Notes: generated by a model from the sequence alone, not told the origin. A stretch of 64,000 bases of DNA from the human T2T-CHM13v2.0 reference genome, Homo sapiens (GCF_009914755.1 NC_060931.1), one strand, 5' to 3'; counted from the first letter of the stretch, positions 25,502 through 38,932 are shown. Made by a program: numbers and translations.

Positions 25502-28323
25502 GTTCATGGAGAAAAAAACAAAGGGCTTCTCCATTCTTTGGGTGGCTTTGAGGCCATGGTGGCTGCTACACTGAACTATATCATTAGTCTCCATTTCCAT
25601 GAATTGGTGGGCAATGCCAGAGACACAGAGTTCATGGTCACCAGCTTCCTCCAGCCCACACCTGATTTTGGTTCAGGGCACTGAAGAGAGACCTTTGCTT
25701 GTTCCCCTCCTTTGCCAGTTAGGAAAGGCTGGTTGTGAGGCAGAGGCTCCACATATAGAGCAGGGCTATGTGTTAGTCCCTGAAGAATTGTGAGAGCCAT
25801 TCTGGGTGGAAATAATCAAATATACAATCACCAAGGATGGCCTACAGATAGACCGAAGCCCCAATTTTGCTGGAGTGATTTGCATCTATGCTTTAAAGAC
25901 AAATGCAGTTTTATCTCTTTAGGCAATAAAGACCAAAAATAGACTAGCTATTTTAAATAATTGAACCTTAAACAGACCACAGTCAGAACATCTTCCCTAG
26001 GGACAGCATTTTCTTCCACCCACTCACTAAAGCTCTATTTGAGAAAGCTGTGTGCTGTTGATAAACACTGGAATATCGTTACAATCGACATTGTAATAAT
26101 ACTGCTACTTGGATCAGAAACAAAGAGCATTTCTAAAGCTTGAACAATGTAAAACTGGAAACGAGCTCTCACTGAGTTTGGAAATGCAGGCACTAGAGGG
26201 TGCTCATTTCTCTTCCTTTTCCAATCAGGGGCTATTCAAAGGCTGTTCTAGAACAAGGGGTGAGATCCTCCACTTCCCCGTGGTGATCAGGCTTTCACAG
26301 GTAGAAGCCTTATTAGTTCATAATCAGCCAAGCTGACCTCACCATCAAATGTATCGACCTCGATGCTTACCCTCCTCAGCAGTCAGAGACTGTCTGTGTT
26401 CACCAGGAGCTCGTGTGCTTTTACAGAGCACACTTTCTCCTCGGTTTAGTAAAAAAAATAAATGGGCCATTATAGGGGGTTCCATAAACAGAAGCTTTCT
26501 GTACTTTGCCCATTTAGACACTACAAATTCTGATGTCTGACGAATAGTGTAAACTTAAAGCTTGCATGTGGTTAAGAACTTTTAATAAACAAATTAAATA
26601 ATATATATAATGAAAATGTCAATAATGCTCTCCAATCCAATCCCACCTTCCACTCATAACCAATATTAACGCTCTGGTGTGCTTCTTTTCACCCCTCTTT
26701 TCTGTGTTCATGCACACCTTTCTACCCAAGTACACCTACAGAAAATGGGTTCACCTGTACACTTTACCTGCCACATGCATACTCTTTTCTGTTAATATAT
26801 CCTGGTCTTTATTGTTCCAGATTGGTTGATATAGATCTAACTTGCTCCTATTAGCTGCTTCACATTGCATAATGAGGGTAGACAGGTACATTTGTGCTCT
26901 ATTGTCTGATTCCTAAATTCTGCCAGATCTTTTCCAAAGTGACTGAATGGCCTCTTTGTGCTTCCGAGTTCCTCTCACCCCAGCACCCAGTTGATGATTC
27001 CAGCGTTTCCATCACTCATAGTCCTGGCAGGTTTGAGAGCTCCATTGGTTCCTCCTGCATGAGGAGACAGGGACGGATAAAAGGATAGACCTTTATCAAA
27101 CCTAACAGAGACTACACGGTATCTCAGTTCAACCTCATAAAGCATTGAGGGGAATGTTAGTCTTGTTTTATAGATGAGTCTAGATGAGGCTAGAATCCAG
27201 GAAAGTTAATGAATGGCCTTGCCCACGGTCTCAGAGCTAATAAATGGTGGAGGCAGATGAAGGGCAGTCAGCCTGCTTCCATGTGGAATTGATAGAGGGG
27301 TCACTGGACTTTGACAGAGGGGAAGTCTAGAACCATCTGGGGCTGTCTTCAGATCGGACACCAGAGTTAAGAGAGCCTGTGTACCCTACAGCACTGCAGA
27401 TAGAAGCATCATGGTGTTGGCAGTGGGGAGGTACTAGAGTGTGTAAGTGGTTAGTGGCCTACAACCAGAAGACCTGAGTTTTGAGAAAATTATTCCCATC
27501 ACAAGATGTAGCAGAGACAGTGATATGGATATACTAGACCAGAGAGCTCTGTGAGGAGCTCTGTGAGGAGCTGTGGCCTAATCATGCATCAGGCCACGTT
27601 TGTGTCCATAGGTCATGGGCAGTGCTGGGTGGCCACCATCATTCATACAGAGAGGGCAGTCAGCAGCGTGAGGTGGTTCTGCCTGCTGTGGTCTCACCCC
27701 AGGCATGGAAAGCAAGAGCCCTGGGAGCAGCGGAAGGTGCTCAGCTGGGCTTGTCAGGAGTCTCATCTGTCAGTGGATTGACAAGAAACAGAGCAAAATG
27801 ATTCCTCCAATGTTGATGAGCCTGCCCGTGGGATCTGGAAAGCTAATAACAGAGAAAACCAATATAGACAAAGGATTTTAAACAGGATTATGGTCAATTA
27901 AGCAAATTAGAAAATGATACTTGAAGGAGTATTTGGGACGCAGTAGTCAAAAACACCAGGAAGACATGAGGGATTGCCCTAAGACTCTAGACTACAGCAC
28001 TATGTAGATAACTAACACCAGACTATTAATTATATCATTGAAAAAATAAAATTTACAGTAAATTACAAACTGTTTACCAAAGGTTATGAAAATCTTGTAG
28101 ACTTGTTTTAATTCAGACAAATGTTTTCTTCTCATTGTCAGCTGTTCTCTGGCGCATTTATTTTGGATTGAACCATCTGGGGAAGAGGCGTGGCCTCTCC
28201 TGACTGGAAGGCTCTGGGGCCCAGGCAGGGAGAATGAGGTCTCAGAATGACTTCCTTGAGAGTCCTGTTCCCCTTTCATCAATGCACAGATACAGAAGAC
28301 CCCTCCGTCCTGGAGCACCTGCC

Positions 28324-28756
28324 ATGAGCATCAGCCTCCTGTGCTGTGCAGCCTTTCCTCTCCTGTGGGCAGGTGGGTCCCGGACAGGGCCCCTTGCATA
28401 GATTTCAAAGCCCAGCCCCTTTCCATTGGGGCTGCAGCATCAGCTGTTTCCTTCTCTGCAGGTCCAGTGAATGCTGGTGTCACTCAGACCCCAAAATTCC
28501 GCATCCTGAAGATAGGACAGAGCATGACACTGCAGTGTACCCAGGATATGAACCATAACTACATGTACTGGTATCGACAAGACCCAGGCATGGGGCTGAA
28601 GCTGATTTATTATTCAGTTGGTGCTGGTATCACTGATAAAGGAGAAGTCCCGAATGGCTACAACGTCTCCAGATCAACCACAGAGGATTTCCCGCTCAGG
28701 CTGGAGTTGGCTGCTCCCTCCCAGACATCTGTGTACTTCTGTGCCAGCAGTTACTC
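28324..28756 (+). CDS. TRBV6-6: TCR beta variable segment TRBV6-6 (leader 28324-28372, intron 28373-28461, V exon 28462-28756)
   Basis: [16 protein letters not shown]|[40 protein letters not shown]...YFCASSYS. Confidence 0.96.
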
Positions 28757-28795
28757 CACAGCGCTACAAGACCATCTCCTCTCTGCACATAAAGG
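28757..28795 (+). other. 23-RSS of TRBV6-6
   Basis: CACAGCG + 23 nt + ACATAAAGG. Confidence 0.9.
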
Positions 28796-29552
28796 CAGGG
28801 TGGCTCTGCCCTCCTCCCCCACCCAAGACTCAGGGATGACCTGGGCAGAGTTTTCTGCAATGGGGACCTTGGAACCCCGAGTGGCCCTAAGTGGCCCGGA
28901 CAGTATGAGCCTCAGTCTGTGCCGGGTGCTCCTGCAGCCATCTCAGCCAGGCCTGGACTGGTCCCAGGTCCTCAGATGTCTCCTTTGTTGCTCTCTCTGG
29001 TCTATCCTCTGAGCTCTCCTTTTGGGGTTGGGCCAGGGCTTCCCCAGCTCCTACTTTTCTACTCATCATCCTGACTCCGAGGCCCCCAGGATGAAACAGG
29101 ATTTGTATTTCAGATCCATCTAGGCTGTCCTCTCCCTGGTGAGCATGCTGCTTCCTCTATCTAGAGTTTTCCCCTCCCCCACCCCACCCATGGTCTGTCC
29201 TGTGGCCTATCTTTCCCATCTGGGCAGTCACCTTCCATCCCCCGCCTCCCCGCCCCTCTCTACTGCAGCCATGGGGGGAGCACCTCTTCTGAGACTCCTT
29301 CCTTCCCATCACAGAGACTTCAAAGGCCATTTCCTCTGCCCTGGATGGAGACTTCCTTTCTCTAGTGGCCAGCTCCTACCTGTGCTTCAGATCTCAGAAT
29401 GATCTGCCCTCCCGCAGGAAGCAATCCCTCACCGCCCAGCTGAGATCAATTTTCCTCTCATAAGCTCTCATAGAATCATATGTCTCTTAGTAACCCTTAG
29501 GACAATTAGGCTTTCTCAGATACTTGTCTGATGATTTTTGTGCTCTACCCAA

Positions 29553-29847
29553 TTTTTTTTTTTTTTCTGAGACAGTCTCACTCTGTCACCAGGCTGGAGT
29601 GCAGTGGCATGATTTCCGCTTACTGCAACCTCTGACTCTGATTCCAGTGATTCTCCTGCCTCAGTCTCCCGAGTAGCTGGGATTACAGGCATGTGCCACC
29701 ATGCTCAGCTAATTCTTTTTTGTATTTTTAGTAGAGATGCGGTTTCACCATGTTGGCCAGGATGGTCTCGATCTCCTGATCTCATGAACCACCTGCCTCG
29801 GTCTCCGAAAGTGCTGGGATTACAGGCGTGAGTCACCGTGCCCGGCC
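29553..29847 (-). mobile_element. Alu (AluSc-like), shared with unit 3 and absent from unit 1
   Basis: Antisense Alu with poly(T); TSD-like CTCTACCCAATTTT / CTCCACTCAATTTT; empty site near 10996-11010. Confidence 0.9.
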
Positions 29848-32839
29848 TCTCCACTCAATTTTTGAGCCCATGAGAGCTAAGGCTGTGCCTGCTGCATTAA
29901 CAACATCAGTGCCTGGCGTGTGGGGATACCCATTTCACAGAGAATGGATGAGTGAACGAGAGGCTGAATGAGTGATGAGTGGGTGGACGAACCAATAGTA
30001 GGAACACACTACATCTACTGTAAACTGGCAGAGGTCTAGCATTAAGTACAAGAAAGCCCACCCCTTTGATTGCTGGGCTCAGGTCGATCTTGGAAATTGA
30101 TGGGGAATCACTATCATGGCGGCCACATCTGGCTCAAGGCTTTCTCTTGTGGCTGCAGTACCTGACCTCCTCCAGGTCTCTGTGCTCTCTTTCAGGGTCT
30201 TTCCCCACAACAAATCTAGACAGATCAGAGATCCACTTCTAGAATTCCATCCTTAAAGGTTGTTCCTTGAAACCACTTCTGGTAAGAAAATCTCCATTAG
30301 GTTTGCATCAATAAAACAGGGCCACTACAAGTTTGAGAGTGTAACAGATTTATGATCAGAATTAGACTTTATGCATATGTGGGAGGAGCTGAGGAAGACA
30401 AGGTCTGGAGGAGAGAAGTCAGAAGGTGAGGGAGCCAGTCAGTAGTCAGGGCTCCTGAAGCTCTGGGCAGGACAGGCTAGAGTGGCAGGGACATGAGAGG
30501 ATCAGAGCATACCAGGACATGCAGTGGGACCTTGAGCCGGGAGCACAGGAAAAGGCCAAGGAAACCTGCTTCTGGGGAAGCTGTTCCTTGTCTATGGGGG
30601 CCACCCCTGCAGGTGCACTGCCAAACACTGTGGGCAGCCTGGCTGCTGTTGGCCAACATTTGGGAAGATGAACTGGACACAGGGTGCAGAAGGAACAGGA
30701 CTTCCAAGGTCTGTTGGATGCCTCTGTATCTGCTGGTCACTGACTCTCACTGTCTGACCACAATGACTTGCCAATTGTTATAGTGACTGTTTTATATCTG
30801 TCTTCTAAATTTTACCAAATGTATCCTTGACCATCTCTAACCAGAATGATAACAGAAATGGCATTCTGGGAAAGTCAGACTCTTCATTTGCAAAGTTGAC
30901 TTAACACAATCCAGCACAGGATGGATTCTCCCAGATTAAGGCATCAGATCACACAACTGTCTCGACCTGCCACGGTCCATGGACTCCTCTCCGGGGGACA
31001 CCTGTGCTGCCCAGGTGAATGTGGACACAATTTGTATGTAGATGTTCCAGACGCTGGTGACTAACTTTTCTTTTAATACTGTGTCTGAAGTCTCTCTCAC
31101 CCAGAGGGTCTATATATGTATGAGTATATATGTATTTATAAATATGTATGTGTAATTTCTCCTTAGAAGAAAATGTCATGATGACTACATGGCTTAATGG
31201 CATTTATTTATGAAAGAGCTTTATTAAAAATAATTAGAAAATTTGAATTCTATTCTGAATTTTTCCTTGGGAGTGTCCTGAGAGCATTTTTGACCCTACC
31301 GACTTTTGTCATGTGTGTATTTGGCAGCCTAGAGTGCAGCAGTTATTGGCGCCATACATTAGGGAGTTAGACTGGAGATGGCTGCAAAATGACTGACTCT
31401 TAGTGTTATTCACTCTCACTCTGGGCCTCACTGGAATGTCACAGACTACCATCGAACAAATGGATTCCCAGTATGAAGAATATTAGGAGATAGCAATGAG
31501 GAAACATGAGCACAAGCAACAAACATTTGAAGTGCAAACCTGAAGACTCGAAATGTTGGCATTATAAGATATGAAAGTTTGGTGAGCTACATTTAAATGA
31601 ACATGACGGGGAACTGAAACTAGGAAAAAGACAATGCCTGAAACCATCAACTTTCATAACAATTGTCAAAAAATATATCTAGGAATGCCTCATACAATCA
31701 CTGAAAACAAAATGGAAAGTCAAACAGTTGATTAGCTCCTCCTACAGAGATTTTTAGTGATTTCAAAGATGGATCTGCAGGAGTGATCTAGAATGCAGCA
31801 CGGAAAATGAAAAGTGAAATATGAAAGAAGTTAGAGAACAGGGAAGAAAAAAATGGATGTTTCCCATATATTAGAATATGCATATTTTTCATAATTTCCC
31901 ATTTTTTGTTGCATATGATTGAATTTTCAGACAGATAAAATAGGTAGAATGTTATGAGGTGATATTTATGAGATGTTAGCTGAGAAGTTTTTTGAGGTGT
32001 TTAAGGACCTAAATTCAGAGTTTCCAGAATCACAATGAATCTCAAATAAGGCAGTCAAGTCATAAGCAAATTGTAGAACATGACGGACAAAGAGAAGATT
32101 TTGAAAGCCGTCAGAAAGAAAAGACAAATACGTCCCATAGGAATAGATGGAGAACAACAGTAAGTTAAGACAGTGGTAAAAATAACCATTAGCTCAATTA
32201 TCATTCTCCTTCATTTAAGGTAAGATTGATTAAAAAAAATAACTTTTAGAAGGGGAACATGAAAAATGACTGCTGTGAGTTTGCTATCAAGGTTTCTTTT
32301 CTGAATTACAGTTAAGAAAGGTGGGAAATGATCCCAGAAGAAAGGCATGAGGGCAGTTCGTGAGGTAACCCAAGTGATGGGGCTGCCCCGTTGGGCACGT
32401 GTGACTGAGGGAATGGAGGAGGCTGGGGCATAAATGGGGATGGCAGAGGGGACCCTGAATTGCAGGATAGACAATGAGCTAATGCCTTGGTGCCTTGTTT
32501 TGGGGATGCTGTTGGCACATCCTACAAGACATGCCCAGCAGACAGAGGAGTGGCTGTAGGATGAGAAGATGAACTCAGAGATGCAGTGTGAGGCCTCTGG
32601 CTCCAGACAGCACGGGAGCCCAAAGCAATGAGCCAGGCATTGATGTTGTTAAAAAGGAGCTTATAAATATTTAAAGTGTGTTCTAATATAAATACTGTGA
32701 CCCTGACATCCTGGGGATTGAGAGAGGAAGTGATGTTACTGTGGGAACTGCCCTGTGGAGACAAGGACATTCCTCGTCCTCTGCTCCTGCTCACAGTGAC
32801 ACTGATCTGGTAAAGCCCCCATCCTGGCCTGACCCTGCC

Positions 32840-33312
32840 ATGGGCACCAGGCTCCTCTGCTGGGTGGTCCTGGGTTTCCTAGGGACAGGTGAGTCCTCAG
32901 AACATTAAGTAGTTTTATTTTTTCTCTGTGTGTAGGTGTGTGTGTGTTTGTGTGTGTGTGTGTGCGATGACTACAGATGTTTTCCTTATTCTGTTGCCAA
33001 ATTCTATTTCCACAGATCACACAGGTGCTGGAGTCTCCCAGTCCCCAAGGTACGAAGTCACACAGAGGGGACAGGATGTAGCTCCCAGGTGTGATCCAAT
33101 TTCGGGTCAGGTAACCCTTTATTGGTACCGACAGACCCTGGGGCAGGGCCAAGAGTTTCTGACTTCCTTCCAGGATGAAACTCAACAAGATAAATCAGGG
33201 CTGCTCAGTGATCAATTCTCCACAGAGAGGTCTGAGGATCTTTCTCCACCTGAAGATCCAGCGCACAGAGCAAGGGCGACTCGGCTGTGTATCTCTGTGC
33301 CAGAAGCTTAGC
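32840..33312 (+). pseudogene. TRBV7-5: TRBV7-5 pseudogene (leader 32840-32888, intron 32889-33015, V exon 33016-33312)
   Basis: TRBV7-type sequence. Versus TRBV7-4 it has two 1-nt deletions (~33236, ~33249) and a 1-nt insertion (~33277). The exon is 297 nt versus 298, so the YLC motif is out of frame. Confidence 0.93.
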
Positions 33313-33351
33313 CACAGCGTGGCACAGTCGCGTCCTTCCTGCTCACAAACC
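33313..33351 (+). other. Intact 23-RSS of TRBV7-5
   Basis: CACAGCG + 23 nt + TCACAAACC. Confidence 0.9.
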
Positions 33352-34520
33352 TCATCCTTCTCTCTCCTTGCACCTCCTAGAGACCCTTAATAGAGGCCTA
33401 TCTTTGATCCTCACTTTTCGTGGGAAATAAGTAGATTTGGACATCGGCTGTCCTTTGGGTAGAAAGAGACCACAGATTCATTCCTGAAACACAGTGACTG
33501 CAAATGTAGGTGGTGAAAACAATCACGTCCCACTGCCCTCTAGGAGTGCTTGGAGCCAGCTCACTGCTCCAAACGGAGTGGGTGTCTTAGCATTGGCCTT
33601 CAGGGCAGACATGCATCTTCTATAGGTCTTGGAGGCTGCTGTGTTACCCACATATATGAGGTTGTCAAGGGCAGGAAACATGCTCTTCTCCTGCATATTT
33701 TGGGGCATCTGGAAGGTCTGAGGCTACATCCCCAGGAATATCTTTCTTCTAAAGCCTCTTCTATTCCTGTCACCTTGGAAATTTTTGCAACAAAATATCG
33801 AACCTCTCTTCCTGTTTAAAGTAAAGGTCTTTGCAACTTTCGTGGTCTTTACTTGATAAATACAATCATGGTAACAATAAGACTTCATTTCTTCTGCCTA
33901 CTTTAAGCCACTTGTATCCTTTATTTTATTTCCATTTGCCATTGCTACTGTCCTGATAGACAGAAGCATGCATTCACCACTGCTGCCTGTTCACATCGAT
34001 TCCCTCAGGAAATCTGATTTTTAGACTCTGAGTGTTTTCATTGTTGTCCAACTCATTTGATTTGAAATAATGTTACCGAGGCCTTTAACTCAAGAAGTGT
34101 TTTATTTATAATATTGAATCTATTCCTTTTTATTTTATTTTTCATAATAGATAGTACTATATAGTACTTGTTATAAATAGAAGTACAATGATTATATTGC
34201 AATAGAATCTTCCACCTATCTGTGGGTGCTGCTGCAGTGTGTATCTGTGAAAGCGAATGCACTGGTCAGAGCTGATGTGATTATGGATCGTGGGTTTCTG
34301 GGAGTCCTTGGCGACAGACCACTTCTCCAAGTGTGGGACTCAGTGTCCCAGATGCAACCATGATAGAGGTGCCCTGAGTCTTTCATAGCTAGGAGGGGCA
34401 TCATAGTCCTTCCAAATTCACTGATCAGAAATTGTGGTGTGGTACAGATACCAAATTTCTTTCTCCAGAGAATGATGGTCACTGGCAGGGAGTTGCTCTT
34501 GACCCATTTTTTCTTGTGTC

Positions 34521-35005
34521 GTCATCAAATCCCTCCTTGCTCAGGTGCCCTGTGTCTCCTGGGACTGAGTAAGTCCAGAGCACAGATGGGAATTCCCTGT
34601 CTTCCTAGACCCTTTGTCTAACTGCTGCCACTTTCCTCCATGTGACTCCTGAGATAGCTGGTCCTAACAGTGGACAAGCTCTGACACTGAGGCTGAAGAA
34701 AACACAGTCTATAGTTGTCAACGGCGCTGCAAGAACATGTAGCAAAAACGAGCAGGGCTTCCAATTTATACTGAGAATGAACATGCAAGAGGAGCAAAGG
34801 GTAGAAGGTACTAATGAACAAATAGCAAGGAATGCAGTTTCTGTTCTAATGAAGTCATTCTGTTGTCTTAAGTTAAGTAGGAGAAAACTTTCACAGTAAT
34901 TACATCAAGTCAAAGGCTAGCGGCTCCCCAACCAACCAACATAGCTATTTGCTCTGTGATCTTGGCAGCTTCAGAGGACTCAGAAATCCTTTCTCTGCAC
35001 AAACA
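34521..35005 (+). pseudogene. Decayed TRBV relic A, copy 2
   Basis: CSGALCLLGL + GTAAGT; SGQALTLR..EQGFQFI; paralog of 15572-16054. Confidence 0.5.
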
Positions 35006-35462
35006 TCCCTTTGTCCATTCCAAGATCCAGGATCACACACTGATCCTATCATGAAAACAATGAGGTGTGCTATAGTTGCTGTGGCCTCATTTTAGTATGT
35101 TGAGTAGGAAGCATTGACGAACTTTGAAAGCTTTGCTCTTGAGTCTAGGGATGTGCTGGAGCCAGCTTGTATGAGTCAGAAGAATCAAATAGGCATACTT
35201 TTCCCAGCTCCCTGTTCAGTGAAGCCATGCTGGGAGCTTGAAATCTGCCATGGTGGGTATGTTGGTACAACAGAAATTAGCAAATGCTACCAGCCATGCC
35301 CCCACCTTCACAGACACCCAGTTTATCAGCACATCACTGGAGTATTTTCTGATGTCCCTGTTATGCCATGTCTTTTAGGGACAAAAGGGCTCAGAATTTA
35401 TGTCTCCTCTACTCTGTTCTTAGAAGCCATCATCTAAGGGGGCCTTGATTGCTCCCATTTCT

Positions 35463-35907
35463 ATCCAGCTCCCAAATTCTCTTGCTCTGTAGCTCTGTGT
35501 CTCCTGCAAGCACGCCAGTCTGGAACATGACAACTATTTTGAATGTAACTAAAGGTATCACTGAACCAGTTCATTATTTACAAATTATCTTTCCTTGCAT
35601 GGAATATTCAGATGCTGGAGTCATTGGGAACAGAGATGGCCAAGCAGCAACTCTGGGTTGTGAAACACTTACAGCCCCGCTATTCTTCTGTGGCAACGAG
35701 AGACCCTGTAAAAAGGACAATTTTGCTTTGGAGACTAAGCAGCTCCCCACCAGTCAGGAATGACTCTGCTTTTACTTTAGGCTGAGAGGTCAGAAGGGTC
35801 ACACCCTCAATATTCTCCTCTCCAAGACGGAGTGTGGCCACTCTCCATCTCAGTCCCTGGAAGTTGTCCAGAGCTCCCCGAGAATCCCTGCTCTGGAGGC
35901 AGAATCA
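35463..35907 (+). pseudogene. Decayed TRBV relic B, copy 2
   Basis: FSCSVALCLLQA; EYSDAGVI..GQAATLGCE; CAGAGCT-23-GCAGAATCA (35869-35907). Confidence 0.65.
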
Positions 35908-37360
35908 CCAAGGCTCATCCTCACCAGCTCCCCACAGGCTCCAGCAGGGCTTTCCCACCAGGTGCAGGGCACAGGAATGGCTCTGCCTGTCTCTTAGGTA
36001 GAGGGAGGCCAAACAGTGATGTTTGTATAAGAGGGACTGGGGTTCTGGGTCTCCTTTAAAGTATTTGACAAAATTTTCTTTGTTTTTGTTTTATTGTGCC
36101 ATCTCACCAATGAGGAGAGCAATCCCTTGGTAGTTATATTGTTTTTGGCACTTGGGAAGGTTTTTGTGGTTAAGCCACATTAAGAAATTGTGCCTTTACA
36201 GGAAATTGTGCTGTACAGGAAAGTTCAGCTGTAACCCAAGGCAGTGAAAGAAATAGCAATAATTTTGAGAGCAGTTACTTGGGTATCTATGATAAAGGTG
36301 TTAAGTTTCATTGCCTACATCTAACTTTCAGTCTAGTGGAAATGAAAAGGCACAGTTAGGGGGCATGTGAGCATGCCATGAGAGAGATCGATGCCAATTG
36401 AGAAGTCTGTGCCATTCCCCAATACTGTGGGATTGAAGGGGAGGGAGAGATGACCTCTCCTTCAGACTGTGCTCAACAAGGAGGGAGTGGGAGTTCATCC
36501 ATGGGAATCTGACGAGGAGCAAATCCCAGGGGCCTCTAACTCAGGGTGCAGGAGCAAATCCTTGGAGAGGAAAATGGTCCAGTTCAGCTGTCACAGGAGA
36601 CAGGAGAAAGCAAAGTCATCTAATCCACAGTCTCCCGGCTGATTTGCTTCCTTATGATGCTATTTTGTACCAGCGTGTCCTCATCTCCCGCTGCTCCTCT
36701 GCCTGTTTCAGAATCATCTCTTCCGTGTTTGGTGCTCAGATCAGTGGATGTGCATTGTACAAGCTGATCATTTCCTGTAGCAGCCCCTTTGCTAGTCTTA
36801 GTTATATCCATCCTTATTTTCTGCATTAGGTACTGCTCCCTCCACCATTCATTGCTTATTGCCTTGTAAGAGGTCTCGTTTTATATATTTCAATTTTACT
36901 TTTTATTAATAGATATTTGACTTCATCTTTTGCTGATCTATACTTTTGGGGTAACATTGTCATTTTTGGAGGACGATTTGTTTATCTTTAGTGATTCAGA
37001 TTAAATAATCTCTTTATACTTCAATGTCTGTGTTTTCTTCCTATTTTAAGCCAAATATTATTTCCTTTCATTCCTCTCCTTCTGTTACTCTTTCTTTAGA
37101 TGGTAGTTTTAAGGGAGAAAAAGTTAAACTATAACTGGACCTATGTGATAAGTGTTATTCAGAATGAGGGTGGGATATTAAGATTGGTAACTCAAAGCAA
37201 TAATCAGGGTTAGAACTAATGTTAGACTTAGGGTTTAAGGGAAGCTGCTCATAAAACCAGCGTGATGGCACTTCTGGAATATTCTGGCAGCTTCCTCTGC
37301 AGACACTTCCCAGCATTCCTTGGGCCATTACAGAAGAAACAATGTTGAAACTTCACGTAT

Positions 37361-37379
37361 TGGCCACAAGATGGCAGTG
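37361..37379 (+). promoter_or_regulatory. CTCF-like motif, unit 2
   Basis: TGGCCACAAGATGGCAGTG. Confidence 0.55.
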
Positions 37380-38932
37380 TGGTCCACTGAGCTCGAAAGG
37401 GCTCTGGGGAGTCTAGGAGAGCATCCTAGGAGGGAAAGGGTTAAGAAAAATTAGGGCTTGGATCCTGTATTATGCAGATGTTGCAGCAGCTTTCAGTTAT
37501 TGCTAGGCTACCTACAGCTATGCAAGAGACGGGAAGTCCCTCTAATCTTTAATGACATCTACAGTTGAGGAATTTTGGCCGGGGCAAATTTTGGTCAGGG
37601 GCAGGTGTAGAGGAGCAACTGCCTCAGAGGAAAAGGGAAAAGCGAGGGGTGGGCTGTGTCCTGAGCCCAGTGCGTCTCTGCTGCACCTCATCTTCCCTGC
37701 AGGTCTGGCCAGGCAACAGCTTTAACCTGCTTGAGTGATCTGGAATTCTAGAAGTTCAGAAGTCGTACTGATAACATCACCTTGGCTGAGATTCCATTGG
37801 ACACCAGGCATGTGTTCTCTGGAGGACAAAAAATATTGAGAACAAGCTCTAAAACACCTAAGTAAACAGACTACAGAAGAAAAATGTTAGTAGATGCACC
37901 AAACTGTGCCGTTAGACCTGATGATAATTGACTAGTAGAATTACCAAAAAGAGACTATAAATAAGTCTCCACTAAGTATTTGTGTTATTGAGAGCAGTGT
38001 TTAAGTCTTCTCAGGGTAGATTAAAGAAGGAATTCAGCTATTATCATGACTTTGGCTTGGATGAAAATCCATGAAGTCCTCAATTGATTTTCTTGTAAAA
38101 TATTACAGAATAATATTGAGCAAACATTTTATTTTTCTCCAGCCTGTATCCCTCCTTAGCACTAACAGGTAAAGCGAATACCTAGAGGCAACGTTTCTTT
38201 AGTTGGGATCCATTAACTGCAGGACTGGGAGGTCCAGAGCTGGGCTTCACAGGGAGTGCAAACCCCACGTGCAGGGAACCCCGTGTGTCTGTGCTGTGCC
38301 CAACTCCCCTCTGTGAGGCTGTCAAAGGGAGAGGGCCGGGTCACCCGGGAACCCCACTCACAAAGAGGGGAGCAGGCTGCTTGCTGGGCAAAAAAATCAC
38401 TTCACCAATTGGCCAATCTGTTGAAAGCCAAAATGAAAGGAAAGTCTGAATGTGAGAGTGATGAATGCCCAATTTTCCAAGTTATGAAATGTATAGCAGC
38501 TCATGGTTGTCAGAATGATTTCAACAGCATATAAAGATATTGTAAACAGCTTTTGTTTGTCTATAGCTTTCCTTGATATTGATCCTCAGTTGTTTTTCAG
38601 CCCACGCATCAGTTGAGCTTATTTTGATACCAAATTTTAAAGTTGCCACTTCAGTCACCAAGCACTTCTCACATTCTCCATAACTTACAGATATGTGTGC
38701 TCCTGTCTTTTCTTATTTTTGTGTGATTCATTTTTAAATTGGGCTGTACAGAATACAAGCATACATTTGTAAATGACTCCCATATTTTATGCAATTAACT
38801 GTTTACTTTTTAGTAACAATTTTATTTAAGGTTTAACTAATAGAGATAAAAACAGAAATATTAATACAAGGACAACATGGTAAATTTTGACAAATGCATA
38901 TGCCAGAGCAACGGTAACTGAAATGATTATAA

